DNA of 64,000 bases from Candidatus Thermosaccharophagus tengchongensis (lineage in GTDB: Bacteria > Armatimonadota > Fervidibacteria > Fervidibacterales > Thermosaccharophagaceae): the NCBI GenBank assembly GCA_032161105.1, contig JAVHTD010000006.1; one strand, written 5' to 3'. This document shows, one piece after another, positions 29,597-40,047 of this stretch. The notes under the pieces were generated by a model. It was given only the letters and a program-made list of their open reading frames with translations, had not been told where the DNA came from and made no database searches. Numbering within the stretch: the first letter of the stretch is position 1; every line of letters starts with the position of its first letter. The position numbers were made by a program, and so were the translations under genes.

Positions 29597-31030
29597 CTAT
29601 TGCCCCTCACGCGCATCCGAAACCCTTCCCGAAAGCCTTATGACCAACGGCTCCTGCTTGCCCTTCACAAATCCCATCGTCCGACACACCTCACCAGCAA
29701 ATGCCCAGTCAGCTCTTGAAAAGCCATGTCCAACCCAAGGACGATATGCATGCAGCGCGTATATTCCGGGCACAGAGCCATCCACTCTAAAGACTCCGTG
29801 TTCATCGGTTGAGCACGGCGATGTGCGCGAATCCTGCACCCAAACCATCGCATCGGGGACGACATTACCGCGCTCATCAACAACTGCGCCCTCATGCGAC
29901 ATGCGCTGCATATACGGCTCCGACGGTATCACGGGAAAGATGTTGAACCTGCTCCCATTACCCCTGAACAGGTTTTCATCGGTTATATCTGGAGAGCTTA
30001 TGCCCCACCAAATTCGGCGCGCAATTACCTCATGACCGCCAACTGAATCGCTTATGAGCACCCGTGATATCACCCTGTTGCAATCGCCGCGAGTGTTTAT
30101 CCGCACAACATTCTCACTCGCCTTTGCCCTCCCGAGGATGTGTATGGCGCCCCAACCATGCTCCTCGCCCATGTCGGTTATACTCACATCCTCAATCATG
30201 ATGTTCGGGAAGATGCCGTCATCATTCGGCAACGCTGCAAATGTGCCGCACTTGCTGATGAGGCAGCAGAAGAGATTGAATGACCTCCCAATTGATGAGA
30301 GGGCAAAGCGCTTGAAGTTGCGTATGGTGCAATGCTCAAGAAACGCCTCACCACCCACAGCATCCATATCACCATCCTCAATCAGGCAATACCTTGCAAC
30401 TGCATCCTCTCCGAGCATCAACGCGCCGTTGCCACACCTTCGCATTCGCGAGTATTCAATTGCGCCAGCACGGAGTGTCACTGCAAACTTGAGCGCACCG
30501 CTGAATCCCACATCCTCAAACCAACAATAACCCACATAAGTTGGCGCCTCAGAGCTTAACGGGCTTTGAAGGTGCTTAAACACGCAATGCTTGAAGCAAG
30601 TTCCTTTGGTGCCCTTCTCATCAGACGGGTTCGCCGATTTGGCAACGGTTATCCCGATGACGAGACCTTTGCGCCATTGCTCCTCGTTGCCACCTTTAAA
30701 CAAAATTGGTTTTGTTGGGCTGCCTATGGCACGCAGTTCGCCAAAGACGGATATACATGCTGGCGACTTGATGCTGCCAAAAAACTCAACGACGACTCCC
30801 GGCTCTATGGTCACACTTACACCTTTAGGTATGCGCAGCTCGCCATCAATGCGCACAGGGCTATCCTGTTGGCGCCAAACTTCGCTGCGCTGTAAAGCCC
30901 CCGAGCGAACTGTCGCGCAGATACAGATGCTGCGCGAGAATGCTAAAAGCAACACAAGTTGCATCGCAAGCGACACCGTGCGCATCCGACAGAAACACCT
31001 CGCCACATGCATGGTGATCTGGCAGCTCAT
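29597..31030 (-). CDS. Exported beta-helix-like protein with C-terminal carboxypeptidase-regulatory-like domain
   Basis: Signal-like N-terminus, W...SPVRIDGELRIPKGVSVTIEPGVVV...GELRAIGSPTKPILF, and C-terminal GAVVDERGNVVPDA...TDEHGVFRVDG..PGIY. Confidence 0.6.
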   Translation of the reverse strand: MSCQITMHVARCFCRMRTVSLAMQLVLLLAFSRSICICATVRSGALQRSEVWRQQDSPVRIDGELRIPKGVSVTIEPGVVVEFFGSIKSPACISVFGELRAIGSPTKPILFKGGNEEQWRKGLVIGITVAKSANPSDEKGTKGTCFKHCVFKHLQSPLSSEAPTYVGYCWFEDVGFSGALKFAVTLRAGAIEYSRMRRCGNGALMLGEDAVARYCLIEDGDMDAVGGEAFLEHCTIRNFKRFALSSIGRSFNLFCCLISKCGTFAALPNDDGIFPNIMIEDVSITDMGEEHGWGAIHILGRAKASENVVRINTRGDCNRVISRVLISDSVGGHEVIARRIWWGISSPDITDENLFRGNGSRFNIFPVIPSEPYMQRMSHEGAVVDERGNVVPDAMVWVQDSRTSPCSTDEHGVFRVDGSVPGIYALHAYRPWVGHGFSRADWAFAGEVCRTMGFVKGKQEPLVIRLSGRVSDAREGQ

Positions 31031-31154
31031 TTAACTTGAAAAGCAACTTGCATTGAGGTTGCCAAGGCAAACTCTGCGTGTGCGGCGCACCAATTTGATG
31101 GCGCTGATGTCCGCGTGGTTGCCAATGCGAAGGCATCGGCGACCATGCTCACAG

Positions 31155-32132
31155 TTAAGTGCCGCAGGCGCACAGAATCGGACGGACCTCGCGGTGTCGC
31201 CGCATGTCCCTTTGGCATGCTGAAAAGATTGACTTGATGACTTTGTCAGACCACTCCTCTGGCATGGGCAGCGAGAGCGCAAATGCAGCTGTTGGAGCTA
31301 CATTGCAGATTGATATGGCTTCCCTCAATTCACCGCGCCGCTTCACAGCGCCGCCGGCGAAAATTAGTGGTATGAGTAAATCCCTTTCGTCATTCCCAAA
31401 GTGCGCTCTATTATGCCCACCGTGATCGGCTGTGATGACGAGCAATGTCCCCTCCCAGATGGCGCATTCCTTCAGCACCCTTACAATTGATCCGATGTGA
31501 CTGTCACACTTTGCCACCTTGCTGAGTTGCGCCTTACTCCCCCAACCATGCTCATGCCCTGCTAAATCCACATCCGGAAAGTGGATGAAAAGCACTTGCG
31601 GCTTCATCCGCATGATGCAATCTAACGCTGCATTCAAAACCTTTGATGCATTCGCCCTCTTGATCTCCGGAGCATAGTCAACCCACTTCGGGTTGGCGAG
31701 GTGAAACAGCTTCTTCTTGCCCACAACCATAGCGGTGGTCATGCCCCTTGCCTTGGCGAGGGCGAATAAAGTCTTGCGCTGCACATAGCCCCTCTCCGGG
31801 ATGTAGGAATCAAAGTCAAAGCCGTGAACGGATGGTGGCACAGCGGTGAAAAGGGAGACATGCGCTGGCAATGTTGAAGGTGGCTTTACCGTCCTTGCGA
31901 TAAGTGTATAACACCCATCGCTCATCAGCTGACGGATATTTGGTGCGTCAGCCAACTTCAGCACCCACGATGCAAGTCCGTCAACGGTGATTATGAGCGC
32001 ACGCTCTGCCAATGGCTCGCTTGCGCCTGCCGAACGCTCACATGAATAAGCCAGCCACAACGCTGAGACAAACAGAAGGATGAGCAATTCAAGTGCACCC
32101 TTTATTCGCCTTCCCATCATCTCATCCCTCAC
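31155..32132 (-). CDS. Alkaline phosphatase superfamily protein (nucleotide pyrophosphatase/phosphodiesterase type)
   Basis: IITVDGL, PSTLPAHVSLFT (Thr nucleophile), DLAGHEHG and ITADHGG. Signal peptide. Confidence 0.85.
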   Translation of the reverse strand: MRDEMMGRRIKGALELLILLFVSALWLAYSCERSAGASEPLAERALIITVDGLASWVLKLADAPNIRQLMSDGCYTLIARTVKPPSTLPAHVSLFTAVPPSVHGFDFDSYIPERGYVQRKTLFALAKARGMTTAMVVGKKKLFHLANPKWVDYAPEIKRANASKVLNAALDCIMRMKPQVLFIHFPDVDLAGHEHGWGSKAQLSKVAKCDSHIGSIVRVLKECAIWEGTLLVITADHGGHNRAHFGNDERDLLIPLIFAGGAVKRRGELREAISICNVAPTAAFALSLPMPEEWSDKVIKSIFSACQRDMRRHREVRPILCACGT

Positions 32133-33277
32133 ATCTGTGCCTTTCCGAGTCGCACCGTGAACTTCATCCTCTGACCACCACGCACGACTTCAATTGTGGC
32201 ATCGGAGTATGGCTCGGCAATCCAAACTTCCCTGAGCAAGCTTATGCCCGAATGTATTGGCTTACCATTGAAGCGTGTGATCACATCGCCAGCTTGCAAA
32301 CCAGCATTTGCAGCCGGGCTATTCTCATGAACGCGCAATATCAAAGCGCCTTCCATCGGCTTTATCCCGTAGCGAGTCACCCTTTGGTTGCTGGCATCCT
32401 CAACAATGACGCCAAGATAAGCATGTTCAACGACGCCGCCCTTCATTAACCTGCCAAGTAACGCCTTAACCGTGTTTATCGGTATGGCAAACCCGATGCC
32501 TATTCCGACCCTCTCGCCCGACGGATTGTAGATGAATGTATTGACGCCGATCACTTCGCCGTTCAAGTTGAGCAACGGTCCACCGCTGTTGCCCGGGTTT
32601 ATGAGGGCGCTCGTCTGCAGGTATGAGTGGACACTCCTTCTTCCCTCAACGGATTCAAATTCCCTCTCCTTTGCGTTTATGAACCCGATGGTCACAGTCT
32701 GCCCGAGCCCAAACGGATTCCCAATGGCTATAGCCCAATCACCAACTTCAACCTTGTCGGAGTCGCCAAGCTTTAGCGTCGGCAGCGGCTTCTGCGCATC
32801 CACCTTTATGACTGCCAAGTCAAACCATGGGTCAATGCCAACAACCTTGGCTGTAAACTCGCTCTTATCGTGCAGCTCAACGCGAATCCTCCTTGCACCC
32901 TCAATCACATGCGAGTTTGTGAGTATGTAACCGTCGCTCCGAATGATGAAACCAGAGCCGATGCCCTCAGAGCGCGGCAACGGCTCACCAAAGAACTCGT
33001 GCAGCAGCTGTTCAAATGGGTCAGCAACTATCCTCACCGTTCGTATGTGCACGACGGCAGGCTCGGCTTCCCTTGCAATCCTCGCAAATGCCTTTTGCCA
33101 GTCCGACTGAACTGCCCTTGATTGCCCACCTGACGGCGCCTCACCGGATGTCGCAATGTGAGTTGAAGCGCTTGTCCGCTCGCCTGAGCTGTTCCACTCG
33201 CCAACCCTGTATCCGAAAGCGAAACCGAGCAGCAATGGGATGAGCATGCCTATCAATGCCTTGCATGCCATCCGCAT
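32129..33277 (-). CDS. htrA: HtrA/DegP family serine protease with one PDZ domain
   Basis: GSGFII...TNSHVI, DLAVIKV, AIGNPFGL, INPGNSGGPL and a C-terminal PDZ domain. Confidence 0.92.
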   Translation of the reverse strand: MRMACKALIGMLIPLLLGFAFGYRVGEWNSSGERTSASTHIATSGEAPSGGQSRAVQSDWQKAFARIAREAEPAVVHIRTVRIVADPFEQLLHEFFGEPLPRSEGIGSGFIIRSDGYILTNSHVIEGARRIRVELHDKSEFTAKVVGIDPWFDLAVIKVDAQKPLPTLKLGDSDKVEVGDWAIAIGNPFGLGQTVTIGFINAKEREFESVEGRRSVHSYLQTSALINPGNSGGPLLNLNGEVIGVNTFIYNPSGERVGIGIGFAIPINTVKALLGRLMKGGVVEHAYLGVIVEDASNQRVTRYGIKPMEGALILRVHENSPAANAGLQAGDVITRFNGKPIHSGISLLREVWIAEPYSDATIEVVRGGQRMKFTVRLGKAQM

Positions 33278-33346
33278 TTCACCGTCACCCCCTGTCAAAT
33301 CCGAGGGCGGTTTGATGTGGCGAACGAGCATTGGCTTTGTGCATTC

Positions 33347-36300
33347 TCATTTCACTTTGACTTGTAGGACGAGAGGCTTTGCTCCGTGCTCCTCAAACCA
33401 AATCTTGCCCGCTCGCACCATGTCCAACTTGAGATTGTAAGCACCACCCTTCTTTGGGGCTTTCAGAGAGGCATCAAGTTCCACAGTTTCATCCATCTGT
33501 ATGTCCTTCGGCAGGTTGGAAACGATGCCGGATTCAACTACCACCCCTTTCTCATCAATCCAGCGGCATCCGAGTTGAACGATGTCATCACCGGTCGCAT
33601 TCCATGTTAAAGCGCCCCTATTCCTTAAGCGCAATTTGACTTTGTAAGTTTGACCCGCAATCAACTCCACAGGTATGTCGTGCGATATGACCTCGTAGTC
33701 GTGCTCGGCTATGACCCTAACAAGCACATTGAGCGATGGTGAACCACGCTCACTGAACCAACCTACACCCTCCATGTGCAAGTCCCAGCGCAGCGTGAAT
33801 AAGCCGACACGCTTTGGAGAGCGCACCCTCGCCTTAACTGCCACGCTCTCGTTAAACCCCACATCCCTTGGGAGCGGTGTCCTGAGCTGGACGATGTCTT
33901 TGATCTCGTTTCCGCTCTCATCCAGCCACTGATAGCTGAGCATAATGGGATGCTCACCAGCAGCCATCCAAGTCATCGTCCCACGATTTGCCAGCGTCAT
34001 CTCAACTTCATACTCATGTCCGACAACCATTACGGTGGGATGTTTGACCGGATGGAATTCAGCAACGCATGTTGAGCGCTGAACCGTCACTTCAACCTTG
34101 AGCGCTGCAGAGCCCATCCGTGAAAACGGCAAATTGCCGGCACGAAGCAAATCCCAATGCAAGGTGTAGTCGCCGCTTGCTGATGGAGCTTGCACCCTTG
34201 CTTCAACTTCAACCACCTCTCCGGGCATGACATCATACGGCATCGGCGTCTCTATCGTGGGCATAGCGAATTCCTTCCCATCGGGGGCAACCCATCGGTA
34301 TATCACTCGGACGCTTCTGAGCCCCTTGCTCTCCCATGTCAAAGCACCGATGTTCTTCAGGCGCAGGTTGACGAGGTAGATTTGACCGGGATACATTGCC
34401 TTCGGGGTGTTGTGCCACAAGTATGCGACTGCATATGGCATTTTGACGCTGACCGGATGCACTTCAAAATTGCTCCCCAGTTCCGACAGCCAAGATTGCT
34501 TTCCACCGCGCTCCTGCAGCGCTAAGTCCCAAAGCAGGCTGTATTCACCGGGAACTGATGGTGAGCGTATCCTCACACTCACTTCAACCGTCTCGCCCGG
34601 TTTGACGCCTTCATCCAACGGTGTCAGGATCGGCTGCTCATCAAGCTTTGCACCATGTTGATCAAGCCAGTGATAACCAACCAACACCTTGGCTGGTGCG
34701 TCTTTCGCATTCCACGGCATCGCACCGATATTGCGCAACCTCAACCTCACGGTGTAAATCTGGCTTGGAGCCATCTCCCTCGGGGCATTGTGCCAAATGA
34801 CCTGCGCCGCATAGCGCCTCACAACCCTCACAGGTATGCTCAGCGTCTCGCAACCTTCCTCCGAGAACCAAATTGCACCGCCGTAGCATAAGTCCCACTC
34901 AAGCGTGTAACTCCCGGGATTGTCAGGCGCAATAACCCTCGCCGTCAATTCCACTTCCTCCGATTCGTTGACATCTTTTGGGAGGCTGAATTTCTCGCCG
35001 CGCATCACGATGGCTCCGCTTTCATCCTTCCAACGATACGATAAAGTCACCGCATACCTTCCGGCGGCAAGCCATGTTAACTTGCCCGTGTTGCGCAACT
35101 TAATCACAACCTGAACAGCATCCGATGAGAGCATCTCCTCTGGGATGGTGTGCTCAACATATGAGACGCCATAAATCCTCTCAGCAATCACCGTCACACT
35201 GTCCTCGCTCAAATCACCCTCTTCGTCATAGGCGCGAAGGCGCAATGTGAGCACGCCGCTTAGCTGGCTTACATCCCAAGTTGCTATCACCTCATCCTCA
35301 ACCTGCCTTATCCCATCACGCAGCTCAATCACCGCCCATGAAGTTGGCACAGCACCGCGACCATACTCAAGCGTCAAGTGCTTTAGTTCACCATATGGGA
35401 CTTTGACTGTTGCCCTGATTGGCACAGTCCCTTCAACCCTTGCTCCCTGCTTTGGGTGTGTTATCTGCACATGCGGCAATTGCCTCTCAAGCTCCAAAAC
35501 GAATATCTCCCTGTTGCCGTCAACCACCGCATCGTATGCAATCATGTTGCCCGTCGGTGACCAGCTCGGTGAGGATGGGTTTTCTCCGGGTGCTTCAACC
35601 TTCTTAAGCGAGCTGCCGTCAGCGCTGATTATGACAACTTCGCAGCGACCATCAATTCGCCTCACCGCACAAATCCATTTTCCATCCGGCGACCACGATG
35701 GCGAATATCCCCCCGGCAAAATCAACCTCTCAGTGCGCTCAATCAAATTCATCACATAAAGACCGCTCTTACCATCTCCCTTAGCCACAAAAGCCAATTG
35801 CTTTCCATCCGGTGACCATGCAGGCTCCCAAGCGCCCTGACGCAATTTCCTCGGCTTGCCAGTGCCATCCAAATCAACCAACCAAATTGAATCAACTCCA
35901 TCCCTATCGGAAACGAAGGCAACACACTTCCCGTCGGGAGATATGGCTGGCATCCAGTCAATTCCAGGTGAGTCAGTTATCTGGCGCAGCTTGCCCGTTG
36001 AGAGTTCAAGCAACCAAACATCAATATTGCCGGAGCGGTTGCTCACAAACGCCAGCAAGTCGGCATGGCGCGCTAACGATGGGCTGCTTGCAAATTCACC
36101 CTCGGACTCGGACCTCACGAGTTTCTGGATGCTGCCTGTGAGCGTATCAAGCACCCATATTTCGTTTGCTCCGTCCCTTCCCGAAACGAATGCGAGCCTT
36201 TTGCCATCACCAAACCATGACGGCTGAGCTTCAACCGCCGGTGAACTCGCCACACGCTTTGCCGAACGAACCCTTATGGCAGCCTCGCATGCGGTGTAAG

Positions 36301-36370
36301 CGACGAACACTGTGATGGCAAATAAAGCCACCACAACATTTGAGAGCCTCATCAACAAGTTCACCCCCAC
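33347..36370 (-). CDS. Exported TolB-like PD40 beta-propeller protein with an Ig domain and five tandem NBR1-type Ig repeats
   Basis: Signal peptide and P-x-WSPDGK-x-(L/I)AF PD40 repeats. Five ~120-aa repeats of L-x-N-x-G-x-x-x-W...Y-x-W...P-x-x-x-G-x-Y-x-L-x-WDL...WF. Confidence 0.8.
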   Translation of the reverse strand: MGVNLLMRLSNVVVALFAITVFVAYTACEAAIRVRSAKRVASSPAVEAQPSWFGDGKRLAFVSGRDGANEIWVLDTLTGSIQKLVRSESEGEFASSPSLARHADLLAFVSNRSGNIDVWLLELSTGKLRQITDSPGIDWMPAISPDGKCVAFVSDRDGVDSIWLVDLDGTGKPRKLRQGAWEPAWSPDGKQLAFVAKGDGKSGLYVMNLIERTERLILPGGYSPSWSPDGKWICAVRRIDGRCEVVIISADGSSLKKVEAPGENPSSPSWSPTGNMIAYDAVVDGNREIFVLELERQLPHVQITHPKQGARVEGTVPIRATVKVPYGELKHLTLEYGRGAVPTSWAVIELRDGIRQVEDEVIATWDVSQLSGVLTLRLRAYDEEGDLSEDSVTVIAERIYGVSYVEHTIPEEMLSSDAVQVVIKLRNTGKLTWLAAGRYAVTLSYRWKDESGAIVMRGEKFSLPKDVNESEEVELTARVIAPDNPGSYTLEWDLCYGGAIWFSEEGCETLSIPVRVVRRYAAQVIWHNAPREMAPSQIYTVRLRLRNIGAMPWNAKDAPAKVLVGYHWLDQHGAKLDEQPILTPLDEGVKPGETVEVSVRIRSPSVPGEYSLLWDLALQERGGKQSWLSELGSNFEVHPVSVKMPYAVAYLWHNTPKAMYPGQIYLVNLRLKNIGALTWESKGLRSVRVIYRWVAPDGKEFAMPTIETPMPYDVMPGEVVEVEARVQAPSASGDYTLHWDLLRAGNLPFSRMGSAALKVEVTVQRSTCVAEFHPVKHPTVMVVGHEYEVEMTLANRGTMTWMAAGEHPIMLSYQWLDESGNEIKDIVQLRTPLPRDVGFNESVAVKARVRSPKRVGLFTLRWDLHMEGVGWFSERGSPSLNVLVRVIAEHDYEVISHDIPVELIAGQTYKVKLRLRNRGALTWNATGDDIVQLGCRWIDEKGVVVESGIVSNLPKDIQMDETVELDASLKAPKKGGAYNLKLDMVRAGKIWFEEHGAKPLVLQVKVK

Positions 36371-36421
36371 AACACACGGATCAAACTTGCATCTTGCTTG
36401 ACATCACATGCGCTTGCCAGA

Positions 36422-37192
36422 TTACCGAGATGGCTTAACAGCCCTGCATATGAGCGATATGCCGAATGGAAGTTCAATGTGCTTTATCAACCGTGCTTCA
36501 AGCCCGAGCATGCCAATCAAGAGCTCGTTCAAAAGCCTCGGAAGCCTTATGAACGCAGTGTGCTTGCGAGCGCCAATTTGGGCAATCAACTGCAGCTTGC
36601 GAAACAAAAACACAAATGGCAACAACGGACATATGGCGAAGGATAACTTTTCAATCTCAAACCCGACGGCAACCAGCTTTCGCTCAATCTCAGCTCTGGC
36701 ATATCGCCTGAAATGCCTGAGTGCTATGTCATGCCCGCTCCAAAGCCATTTGAAAGCTGGCACAGTGAGCACCAATACTCCGCCCCCGATTAGGACACGC
36801 CAGAACTCCCTCAGGGCATTAACATCGTCCTCAATATGCTCAAGCACATCAAGTGCCGCTACAAGCTTAGCTGCGCAATCGCGCAACGGCAACCTCAGCG
36901 CATCAGCACATACAAGCAAACCGTTCCAGTGCTCCCTGCACAGGGAGAGAGCAAACTGTGAAATGTCCATCCCAACACATGTGCCGTAGGATGAGAGCAA
37001 TTCCAAGTTTCCACCCGTGCCACAGCCGACATCAACCACCAACCTCTCATCGGCTTTAGAGATGGCAGCAGCATCAAGCAATGCCGCAACAATTCTGCGC
37101 CGCCCGATAAACCACCAGTATGAGCGCTCAAGTTCAAACTGCTCAATGTATTGCTGCTCCTCCAGCTTACTTTCCCCCTTCACCATCGGCAA
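36422..37192 (-). CDS. Class I SAM-dependent methyltransferase
   Basis: YWWFIGRR, VVDVGCGTG, LDVLEHI, LTVPA..WLWSGHD and HFRRY. Confidence 0.88.
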   Translation of the reverse strand: MPMVKGESKLEEQQYIEQFELERSYWWFIGRRRIVAALLDAAAISKADERLVVDVGCGTGGNLELLSSYGTCVGMDISQFALSLCREHWNGLLVCADALRLPLRDCAAKLVAALDVLEHIEDDVNALREFWRVLIGGGVLVLTVPAFKWLWSGHDIALRHFRRYARAEIERKLVAVGFEIEKLSFAICPLLPFVFLFRKLQLIAQIGARKHTAFIRLPRLLNELLIGMLGLEARLIKHIELPFGISLICRAVKPSR

Positions 37193-37343
37193 TCAGCAAC
37201 ATGAGCGTCAAACCACATGTAAGCTAACGCCAATGGCGAATTGATTTCACTTGCATCAGCATGTTTACATCCGCTTGATGGAATGAAGCTCAAATTCGCG
37301 ATGCAGTGAATCACAGCAGTGGTTGATGGAGTGCTGTGACAGG

Positions 37344-38006
37344 TCAAGAACGCCCCTCTGCAACCCCTTCGCTGCCAAATCGCATGATGAACTTGAGCAC
37401 ATGGCTCAACCTGAAGCGCCTTTGATTGCCCGAAGTCCTGTAGTGCTCAAGTAAGCCAGAGTTTGTGTATCTTCGTATGGTTGTCTCACAGACATCAAGC
37501 AGCAACGCCACATCCCTGATTGACATGTCTGGGTCAAGCAACTTGCTCAAGAGCTTCCATCTCGGGCTCTCGTCAGCGCGCCTGTTTATTTCCGTTTGCA
37601 GGCGAGCCACCTGAATCAGTATTTGCTTGAGCAACTCATCAAGCCTATTGTGGCTTCTCGGGTTCTTGATTCCAACCCAAAATGAACGCCCTTGAGCAAC
37701 ACGCGATGATGCGTGAGTGGCAGCCTCAACCGGTTTATTTGTTTCAACCGGCTGCTGTGCTTGGCGCACTTGTTGAGGCTGTGGCAAATGAGTCCGATGC
37801 ACCGTCGGCAGCGCATGCTGCCTCGCCATGCCCCTCCATGGCGGTCTTGGGTGGAGTGTTGATTGAGGTGGGGCATGATGCTCAGCAGGTTGACCCCCCT
37901 CGGTTCTCTTAGCAGCTTCACCGCGAGCAGCTTTCTCCTGTTCCTCCAAGTAGCGCATCCATTCCCTAAGTGACATGCCCTTTCGCTGTTCACTCACAGC
38001 CCTCAC
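37344..38006 (-). CDS. Excisionase/BldC-like (MerR-type) helix-turn-helix protein with long N-terminal extension
   Basis: C-terminal MSIRDVALLLDVCETTIRRYTNSGLLEHYRTSGNQRRFRLSHV. Confidence 0.75.
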   Translation of the reverse strand: MRAVSEQRKGMSLREWMRYLEEQEKAARGEAAKRTEGGQPAEHHAPPQSTLHPRPPWRGMARQHALPTVHRTHLPQPQQVRQAQQPVETNKPVEAATHASSRVAQGRSFWVGIKNPRSHNRLDELLKQILIQVARLQTEINRRADESPRWKLLSKLLDPDMSIRDVALLLDVCETTIRRYTNSGLLEHYRTSGNQRRFRLSHVLKFIMRFGSEGVAEGRS

Positions 38007-38179
38007 CTCTCAACCGAAGCGCAAAGCGCTACGCTGCAATGTGCGCAATGCCTATTGCTATTATGCATCCCCATCCGAAAGGCTAATAGGCTATGCGAGT
38101 GGTTTGGCGTTTGCGCTAAAATGGCAAATGGCGCTAATTGAGTTGCCCCGCATGGGCAGCACCCGGAGGTGACAGGTTA

Positions 38180-39328
38180 ATGCCAAAACGCCAAAAGGAA
38201 GAGGAACAGCAAGACCTCTTGGGAGGCAAGGATATAGAGGATGAATTGGCGCCAAGCACGCAGGTGAGCGAGGAGAAGTTAAAAGCGCTTGAGAGCGCAA
38301 TTAGCCATATTGAGAAGAGGTTTGGAAAGGGAAGCATAATGCGCCTCAGCGACCAGCCAGCAAAGCTGAAGGTTGATGTTATACCGACTGGGTCAATAGC
38401 GCTTGACATAGCAACTGGGATTGGCGGCATACCGAGGGGACGAATAACAGAGATATTCGGTCCTGAGGGTTCCGGCAAGACGACCTTGGCTTACCACATC
38501 ATTGCAGAGGCTCAAAAGATGGGCGGCATAGCTGCGTTCATAGACGCCGAACATGCTATGGACAGGAACTATGTCATGGCACTCGGGATTGACCTTGATA
38601 GGCTGTATATCTCGCAGCCGGACTCCGGAGAGCAGGCGCTTGAGATTGCGGATGAACTTGTGCGCAGCGGTGCTGTTGATGTGCTCGTGATTGACTCAGT
38701 TGCGGCGCTCGTTCCAAGAGCCGAACTTGAGGGCGAAATGGGCGACCAACACATGGGCTTGCAAGCGAGGCTTATGTCACAGGCACTGCGCAAGCTTGCC
38801 GGCTCAATAAATCGCTCACGGACTGCAGCCGTGCTAACGAATCAGGTCCGTGAGAAGCTCGGGATAATGTTTGGCAGCCCTGAGGTGACGCCCGGCGGCA
38901 GGGCGTTAAAGTTCTGGGCATCGCTGAGACTGAGGATAAGCAGGGAGGATTCAATTCGCTCTGGGAACGAAATTATCGGGCACATCTGCAATGTGAAAGT
39001 CGTCAAGAATAAGCTCGCACCGCCATTCCGAGATGCCAGCTTTGAAATACTCTTTGGAAGGGGCATTTGCCGATACAGCAACATCTTGGACATGGCGGTG
39101 CACTGCGAGATAATCGCGAAGGTGGGCACTTGGTATAGCTACAATGATGAGCGCCTCGGGCAAGGGCGTGAGAATGCGTGGCGTTACCTTGAGCAACATC
39201 CGGAGTTGGCAGCCGAAATTGAGCTGCAGATACGGAAGAAATTCAACCTGCCAATTCCGGCGTGGCTCGAGGAGCTCGCTCACAGGCGCAGTGAAGTGGC
39301 ACCTGCGGTCAGTGCTGCTGAAAGTTAG
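38180..39328 (+). CDS. recA: Recombinase A
   Basis: [44 protein letters not shown] and GGRALKF. Start at ATG 38180 after GGAGGT. Confidence 0.98.
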   Translation: MPKRQKEEEQQDLLGGKDIEDELAPSTQVSEEKLKALESAISHIEKRFGKGSIMRLSDQPAKLKVDVIPTGSIALDIATGIGGIPRGRITEIFGPEGSGKTTLAYHIIAEAQKMGGIAAFIDAEHAMDRNYVMALGIDLDRLYISQPDSGEQALEIADELVRSGAVDVLVIDSVAALVPRAELEGEMGDQHMGLQARLMSQALRKLAGSINRSRTAAVLTNQVREKLGIMFGSPEVTPGGRALKFWASLRLRISREDSIRSGNEIIGHICNVKVVKNKLAPPFRDASFEILFGRGICRYSNILDMAVHCEIIAKVGTWYSYNDERLGQGRENAWRYLEQHPELAAEIELQIRKKFNLPIPAWLEELAHRRSEVAPAVSAAES

Positions 39329-39412
39329 CGGGTATGGCTTTGATGCATTCATGTCGGCAATTCAATTAAACGCCCTTGCTCAATGGGCGCAAAGGATATT
39401 GGTGAATAGCCG

Positions 39413-39982
39413 ATGCGCAAGTTGAGGGCAGTTAAATCAAAGGGGGATGCAAACAAAAGGGCGATTGATTATTGCATGCGTTTGCTTTGCCATAGGCAAT
39501 ATAGCGAGGGCGAGCTAAGGCGTAAGTTAATGGAGCGCGGCTATAGCGATGACGAGATAGCAAGTGCCATCAACAGGCTGAATGAGCTTGGTCTGATTGA
39601 TGACGAGGAATTGAGCAAGTGGCTCGTTCAGTCAGCCATTGAGAGGCAAAGCTATGGGAGACACGCTCTCATAGCTCGCATGAGGAACCTCATGCTTTCG
39701 GAGGATTGCATCCAATGTGCCATCAAGATGTTTGATTTGGAGACGGAAGCTGACATTGCTGTAAAGCTGCTGCGTAAGTGGCTTCCTGAAGAGCGCCGTG
39801 GTGATGGTGGTGTGCCGCTAAATGGTGCGGAGGTAAGACGCCTTATCTCGCGCCTTTTAAGGCGCGGCTTCAGCAGCGAAGCCATCGCAAAAGCTTTGAG
39901 GCGCATCGGATGCAAGCCATTTGATGTCGGCGAGTTCGGTGAGGCGTTGCCTCAGCAAAGCATTGAAGAGGCTCTTGATTAA
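39413..39982 (+). CDS. recX: Regulatory protein RecX
   Basis: RLL..RQYSEGELRRKL, GLIDD and LLRRGFS. Directly downstream of recA. Confidence 0.88.
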   Translation: MRKLRAVKSKGDANKRAIDYCMRLLCHRQYSEGELRRKLMERGYSDDEIASAINRLNELGLIDDEELSKWLVQSAIERQSYGRHALIARMRNLMLSEDCIQCAIKMFDLETEADIAVKLLRKWLPEERRGDGGVPLNGAEVRRLISRLLRRGFSSEAIAKALRRIGCKPFDVGEFGEALPQQSIEEALD

Positions 39983-40047
39983 CCCCAAAGCCTCAGGCTG
40001 CCCTCAAACGAGTGCATCGGCTGTTCCCCCAAAGGGGGTGAGCATTT

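Noticed and set aside
37311..37339. TCACAGCA/TGCTGTGA hairpin after the HTH gene
   Set aside because: Long loop and no U-tract, so it cannot be supported as an intrinsic terminator.
38007..38179. LexA/SOS box upstream of recA
   Set aside because: No GAAC-N4-GTTC or CTGT-N8-ACAG match seen.
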